Assembly (NCBI GenBank): GCA_001798595.1
Contig: MGSS01000114.1
Coordinates: 2,034-66,033 of the forward strand
Reading direction: 5' to 3'
DNA length: 64,000 nt
Origin: Deltaproteobacteria bacterium RIFCSPLOWO2_12_FULL_60_19
Lineage (GTDB): Bacteria; Desulfobacterota; Binatia; UBA9968
How positions within the stretch are numbered: the stretch's first letter is position 1; every line of letters starts with the position of its first letter. Positions 60,414 to 64,000 of the stretch are shown here, in pieces. The translations under genes and the position numbers were made by a program. The notes below the pieces were generated by a model, which was not told the DNA's origin, made no database searches, and worked only from the letters and a program-made list of their open reading frames with translations.

Positions 60414-60890
60414 ATGCGTCACCTCAAAGCAGGAAAAAAATTCAACCGCAGCCCCAGCCACCGCTGGGCGCTGCTGCGCAACATGGTCACCTCTCTGCTG
60501 CGCCACGAGCGCATTGAAACGACGGACCCCAAAGCCAAGGAGCTCAGACGTTGGGCCGACTGGATGATCGGCCTGGGCAAGCAGGGGACGCTCCACGCTC
60601 GGCGTCAGGCGCTGGCGATCCTTCAAGACGATGCCGTGGTGCACAAAGTGTTCGACACGCTGGCGGCGCGCTTCAAGGAGCGTCCCGGCGGTTACACGCG
60701 CGTCGTCAAAATAGGGTGGCGGCATGGGGACCATGCGCCGCTTTCGATGATCGAGCTCCTTCCCGTCGACGGAGCCGGCAAGGCGGACACTTCCGGCGGC
60801 GCGAAGAAAGGCCGCAAAACCGCTCGCCCGAAAGCCGAGGCGAAAAAACCGGCGGCAGCCAAACCCAGAGCCAAGAAAGCGACCGCTTAG
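60414..60890 (+). CDS. rplQ: 50S ribosomal protein L17 with ~35-aa Lys/Ala-rich C-terminal extension
   Basis: Track ORF 60396..60890; ATG 60414 ([17 protein letters not shown]). The tail is ...[34 protein letters not shown]. Confidence 0.92.
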   Translation: MRHLKAGKKFNRSPSHRWALLRNMVTSLLRHERIETTDPKAKELRRWADWMIGLGKQGTLHARRQALAILQDDAVVHKVFDTLAARFKERPGGYTRVVKIGWRHGDHAPLSMIELLPVDGAGKADTSGGAKKGRKTARPKAEAKKPAAAKPRAKKATA

Positions 60891-60933
60891 CCTGGTTCGG
60901 CCATCGCCGGCGACTTCTCTCAAATAAAAAACT

Positions 60934-62610
60934 TCATTCAAAGCGGAATAGTCCCGGCGCCTGGCGCACGGCGGCAGGATTCAGCTTTCGCCGCTGGATC
61001 TCCTCAAGCAGCCACGTTTCCGCAGGGCCGACGCGGAGCTGTCCCTTTGCGACGAAGGGTCTGTCAAAGAGCACCCAAAGCTTTCCTTCCGCGGGGCTGA
61101 ACTTTTCCATGAAGCTTCGCGCCGCTTGTCGAGCCTCCTCGTCCTCCCGTCGTCTCCCGGCGTTTCCTCCCTGAGAATAGATCGGGCACAAGAAGCGACG
61201 ACCGGCGACCGGGTTCTCGCAAACTTCGTCTTGCCAGCGGTACCCCAACAAAGCCAGGTAGTAGATAGCTCGGTTCGCCCGGGGGCGCGCCAGCACGAGC
61301 ACGTCGCCGTTTTGCACCAGCTGATCTATCGCCGCCGCGATCGGCCGGCTCCGCGCGACGGCGGGCGCCTGGTAGTAAAGCGCGAGCTTGGCGCACACGG
61401 GGAGAAAAAACATCAACGCGACCAGGTGCGCTAATACCGGGCCTTTTCCCGGCACGCTTTGGAGCTTGGCGAAGGCGAGGCCCAGGAGAAGAGCATATCC
61501 GGCGAAGGTCATGACCTCGTAGCGTCCGACGGCGTAGAACGGGTGATAAAAAGAGAGGAGCCAGATCGCCACGGTCGGAAACAGCAGCAGCGTCCATAGC
61601 CAGGCCTTGCGCGTCGTCATCCAGGGCAGGCCCAGCGCGTGGTCCCGCCATGGCGCCGCCGCCAAGACGGCCAGGAGCGCGGCGGCAAAAAGTCCCACGT
61701 AGCGTAGCCCTGCCGGCATGAGCAACAGGCCGAACCGCTTGACGTTGACCACCGAAGTAAATCCGTATTCGCTGCCGAGCGTAAAGACCGCGAGGCTTTT
61801 GGGGATGGCGAGCAGGGGCGGCGTGTTCTCCCACATTTGTTTGATCCACTCGATATTTCTCAAGGATCGGGGTGTGAAATAAAATCTCCAAAGAAACCAC
61901 GGAAAAAACAGCAGCACGGCGATCGACATGCCGGCGCAATAGTAGAGCCATCGCTGCTTCCCTCGCTCCCGCTCGGGCCACAGCCAGACCATCAGCGCGC
62001 CGGGCGCCAGGGCGAGAACCGCAAAGTAATGGGAGTAGAGGGCGAGGAGCGCCCAGAGCGAATGGATCGCCCACCAGAGAGGCCGCTCGGTTTCGAGCGC
62101 GCGCCAGAGCGCGGCGTATCCTAAAATCAACAGCAGCGACAGCAGCGCGTAGACCCGCGCTTCCTGGGAATAGTAGATCTGAACCGGCGCGAGCGCGGCG
62201 ACCAGACCGCTCCACAGGGCGGCGCGCGGGCCGACGATCCGCCGGCCGAACAGCAGGAGCGCGCCGACGAACAGAGTGCCGGATAATACGGAGAAAAAAC
62301 GGAGCGCGGTTTCGCTGTAACCGGCGACGGCCGTCCACGCCCACAGGAGAAGGTAGTAGAGCGGCGGAGTGTTGCTTCGGAGGATCTCGCGCGGCCAGTC
62401 CGCAAAGGTTACGGCGAAAGCCGAGATCGCCTCGTCGAACCACAACTCGTCCCGGCCGATGGTGTAGAGGCGCAACAGAAAAGCGATGGCGACGATGGCT
62501 GTGCCCAGCATCCAGAACTGCCGGTCGCTCACGCTGCCGTCGGCGGTTGCCGTCTGCGTTAGGAGTGGCGCATTTCTGGGCTCCTCAGTTGGCATAAGCT
62601 TTCCGGTCAA
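60934..62610 (-). CDS. GT-C fold glycosyltransferase of the PMT/ArnT family (GT39/GT83-like, polyprenol-phosphate-sugar dependent)
   Basis: 558 aa, about 11-13 TM helices. A DE motif lies in the first extracytoplasmic loop (ELWFDEAISAF). A periplasmic C-terminal domain of about 100 aa is present. The architecture matches protein O-mannosyltransferase and ArnT-like enzymes. Confidence 0.6.
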   Translation of the reverse strand: MTGKLMPTEEPRNAPLLTQTATADGSVSDRQFWMLGTAIVAIAFLLRLYTIGRDELWFDEAISAFAVTFADWPREILRSNTPPLYYLLLWAWTAVAGYSETALRFFSVLSGTLFVGALLLFGRRIVGPRAALWSGLVAALAPVQIYYSQEARVYALLSLLLILGYAALWRALETERPLWWAIHSLWALLALYSHYFAVLALAPGALMVWLWPERERGKQRWLYYCAGMSIAVLLFFPWFLWRFYFTPRSLRNIEWIKQMWENTPPLLAIPKSLAVFTLGSEYGFTSVVNVKRFGLLLMPAGLRYVGLFAAALLAVLAAAPWRDHALGLPWMTTRKAWLWTLLLFPTVAIWLLSFYHPFYAVGRYEVMTFAGYALLLGLAFAKLQSVPGKGPVLAHLVALMFFLPVCAKLALYYQAPAVARSRPIAAAIDQLVQNGDVLVLARPRANRAIYYLALLGYRWQDEVCENPVAGRRFLCPIYSQGGNAGRRREDEEARQAARSFMEKFSPAEGKLWVLFDRPFVAKGQLRVGPAETWLLEEIQRRKLNPAAVRQAPGLFRFE

Positions 62611-63701
62611 CGATAGGTTGCGACGAGCCGGTCGAAAGATGGCAGACCGTCTCCGTCGGGAAACTTTACCTGGTGGAATGACGGGGTAAAGTAACCCGCA
62701 AGGTCAAAAAGAAGTTTCGCCTTGCGCGGATCCCATTTCTCTCCCACGCGGATGCTCGGATCCTCGGCTCCGCTCCGCTCCGCGTCGAACTTCGCCATGG
62801 AACGCACAAACTCCCTGTGCTCTTTTTTCCCGGTAATGTACAGGATGAGAAAAGCGATGGATTTCTCCAGAGTCGCTTGCTGCCGCGTCGTGTACCCATA
62901 CAAGTCGATCTTGTTCTTGTCGGCGGCGATGGCCAATTCCACCAGCGGAAGCAGGTCGTACACGTGATAGTGGAGCGCGTCGCGCTGGTGAAAATCGAAC
63001 GTGGAGCCGTCGGGATTGAGATTGACTTCCAAGTGGCGCCTGGCGTCATCCACGACCCAGCGGATGAGATCCGGGTCGGGCAGCAGGAAGGCGACGTGGC
63101 CGGCGATCTTCAACCTGTGGCTGTGATGGTTGTTCTTGGAAGTGGTGCTGGTCGGCCGGATCCCGGCCTTCTGCCGCTCGCTCATGCGCCGCAGCCAGGC
63201 CTCCACTTCCGATCGGCGGGCGCCCGGGAATAGCGTGCGCGTCAGGTCGTAGGCTTTCATAAGACGGGGGAATTCAGTCTCGTTGATCGGATTGCCGTCG
63301 GGCTCGTACACGCCCGCCCAGGCAAGGATGTAGTCGCGCGTCTTCTCGCCGTAAGAGGCCTTTCCCGCCAGCGCATAGGCGAGGCCCAACGCTTCGATCT
63401 TAAAAAGATCCCGGCGCGCCGCGAGGCTTTTCTTTTTTTCAGGATCTGTGTGTAGCCGTCCTTCGGAGACGATTCGCCGGATCGGGTTGGGCGTCTCTCC
63501 GAGCGATTTGTCGGCCAGCTTTTTTACCGAATCGAAAGCTCCGGCTGCGCCGGCGTCGCTTTGGATGGCTTGGCGGAGTTTTTCAAACTGGCTTGCGGTG
63601 AAGGTGATTCGCGATCGCGGGGGTTCGGATTCCGCGCCCCGCGCAGGCGCGGCGCCCAGCACGAGCGCAAAAAACAGACCCCCGGTGTAGCGCAGAAACA
63701 T
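62607..63701 (-). CDS. Secreted alginate-lyase-family-like protein (PL5/heparinase-like alpha/alpha toroid; polysaccharide-modifying)
   Basis: 364 aa with an N-terminal signal peptide (MFLRYTGGLFFALVLGAAPARGA). The NNHHSHR segment resembles the AlgL NNHSYW motif; the call is weak. Confidence 0.4.
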   Translation of the reverse strand: MFLRYTGGLFFALVLGAAPARGAESEPPRSRITFTASQFEKLRQAIQSDAGAAGAFDSVKKLADKSLGETPNPIRRIVSEGRLHTDPEKKKSLAARRDLFKIEALGLAYALAGKASYGEKTRDYILAWAGVYEPDGNPINETEFPRLMKAYDLTRTLFPGARRSEVEAWLRRMSERQKAGIRPTSTTSKNNHHSHRLKIAGHVAFLLPDPDLIRWVVDDARRHLEVNLNPDGSTFDFHQRDALHYHVYDLLPLVELAIAADKNKIDLYGYTTRQQATLEKSIAFLILYITGKKEHREFVRSMAKFDAERSGAEDPSIRVGEKWDPRKAKLLFDLAGYFTPSFHQVKFPDGDGLPSFDRLVATYR

Positions 63702-63812
63702 TCCGGCCTCCCAGCGCTTCGAGGGTAGCCGATAGCGACGAGCGGTGCAACGGTTGGGCTGGCTTGTTCCCCTGTTTTCGCGCGGGCAGCCGTGATATTT
63801 ACTGGAACTGCT

Positions 63813-64000
63813 ATGGCTTTGCTCCGCCGCTCACTCAAGGACCTGCTCAAGATCGAGATCGACCGCGAGGCCCTGGCGAAGCTTCAGTGGAAGGATTTCG
63901 GTAACGGCCTTGCCATGGCGCGGCTCGCGCGCGAGGGAGCGCGCGAGCTGGTGCTCTACCGCGTGGCGGCCGACGCCGATCCGCGGGCGTTTCTCAAACA
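63813..64000 (+). CDS. Partial ORF (5' end), hypothetical protein
   Basis: ATG 63813 opens a frame to the window end (MALLRRSLKDLLKIEIDREALAKLQWKDFGNG...). No family is recognised. Confidence 0.25.
   Translation, partial: MALLRRSLKDLLKIEIDREALAKLQWKDFGNGLAMARLAREGARELVLYRVAADADPRAFLK

Overview
The window comes from a high-GC (about 65%) Gram-negative-type bacterial chromosome.

- **Left end.** It holds housekeeping genes: a YggS-family PLP-binding protein gene, a YggT-family gene, a YhaM-like exonuclease gene, an aldehyde dehydrogenase gene, rph and rdgB. A cluster of four tRNA genes (Pro-Arg-His-Lys) follows, and a 1-kb islet carrying a hicB/hicA toxin-antitoxin pair sits at tRNA-Lys. A duplicated copy of the tRNA-Lys 3' half marks the far end of the islet.

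- **Glycosylation cluster, 6.9-17.8 kb (main result).** This gene set together encodes an apparent eukaryote/archaea-style N-glycosylation pathway:
  - a GT2 enzyme with a C-terminal membrane anchor;
  - a WecA/Alg7-family polyprenol-phosphate HexNAc-1-phosphate transferase;
  - a 939-aa STT3/AglB/PglB-family oligosaccharyltransferase, with a WWDYG motif and the D-x-Y..W..R and SDND motifs of its first external loop;
  - a MurG-like GT28 enzyme lying outside any cell-wall gene context, a candidate Alg13/14 equivalent;
  - a protein strikingly similar over most of its length (about 40-470 of 472 aa) to eukaryotic ALG1 beta-1,4-mannosyltransferase (GT33);
  - an MsbA/PglK-like ABC exporter, a candidate flippase;
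  - a GT4 mannosyltransferase-like enzyme.

- **Remainder of the window.**
  - tRNA-Leu is followed by tig-clpP-clpX-lon-hup.
  - tRNA-Val and tRNA-Asp are followed by rplM-rpsI.
  - lptF and lptG lie on the minus strand, followed by rlmB on the plus strand.
  - A tRNA-Thr, -Tyr, -Gly, -Thr cluster precedes tuf.
  - The canonical tuf-rpmG-tRNA-Trp-secE-nusG-rplKAJL-rpoBC block follows, then the str, S10, spc and alpha ribosomal operons. rpmD is absent.
  - A family of AT-rich palindromic intergenic repeats punctuates the ribosomal operons.
  - At the right end, a PMT/ArnT-like GT-C glycosyltransferase gene and a secreted alginate-lyase-like gene lie on the minus strand.

No rRNA genes and no CRISPR array were seen. 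Coordinates of the hand-called small features (tRNAs, rpmG, rpmJ, repeats) may be off by 1-2 nt.
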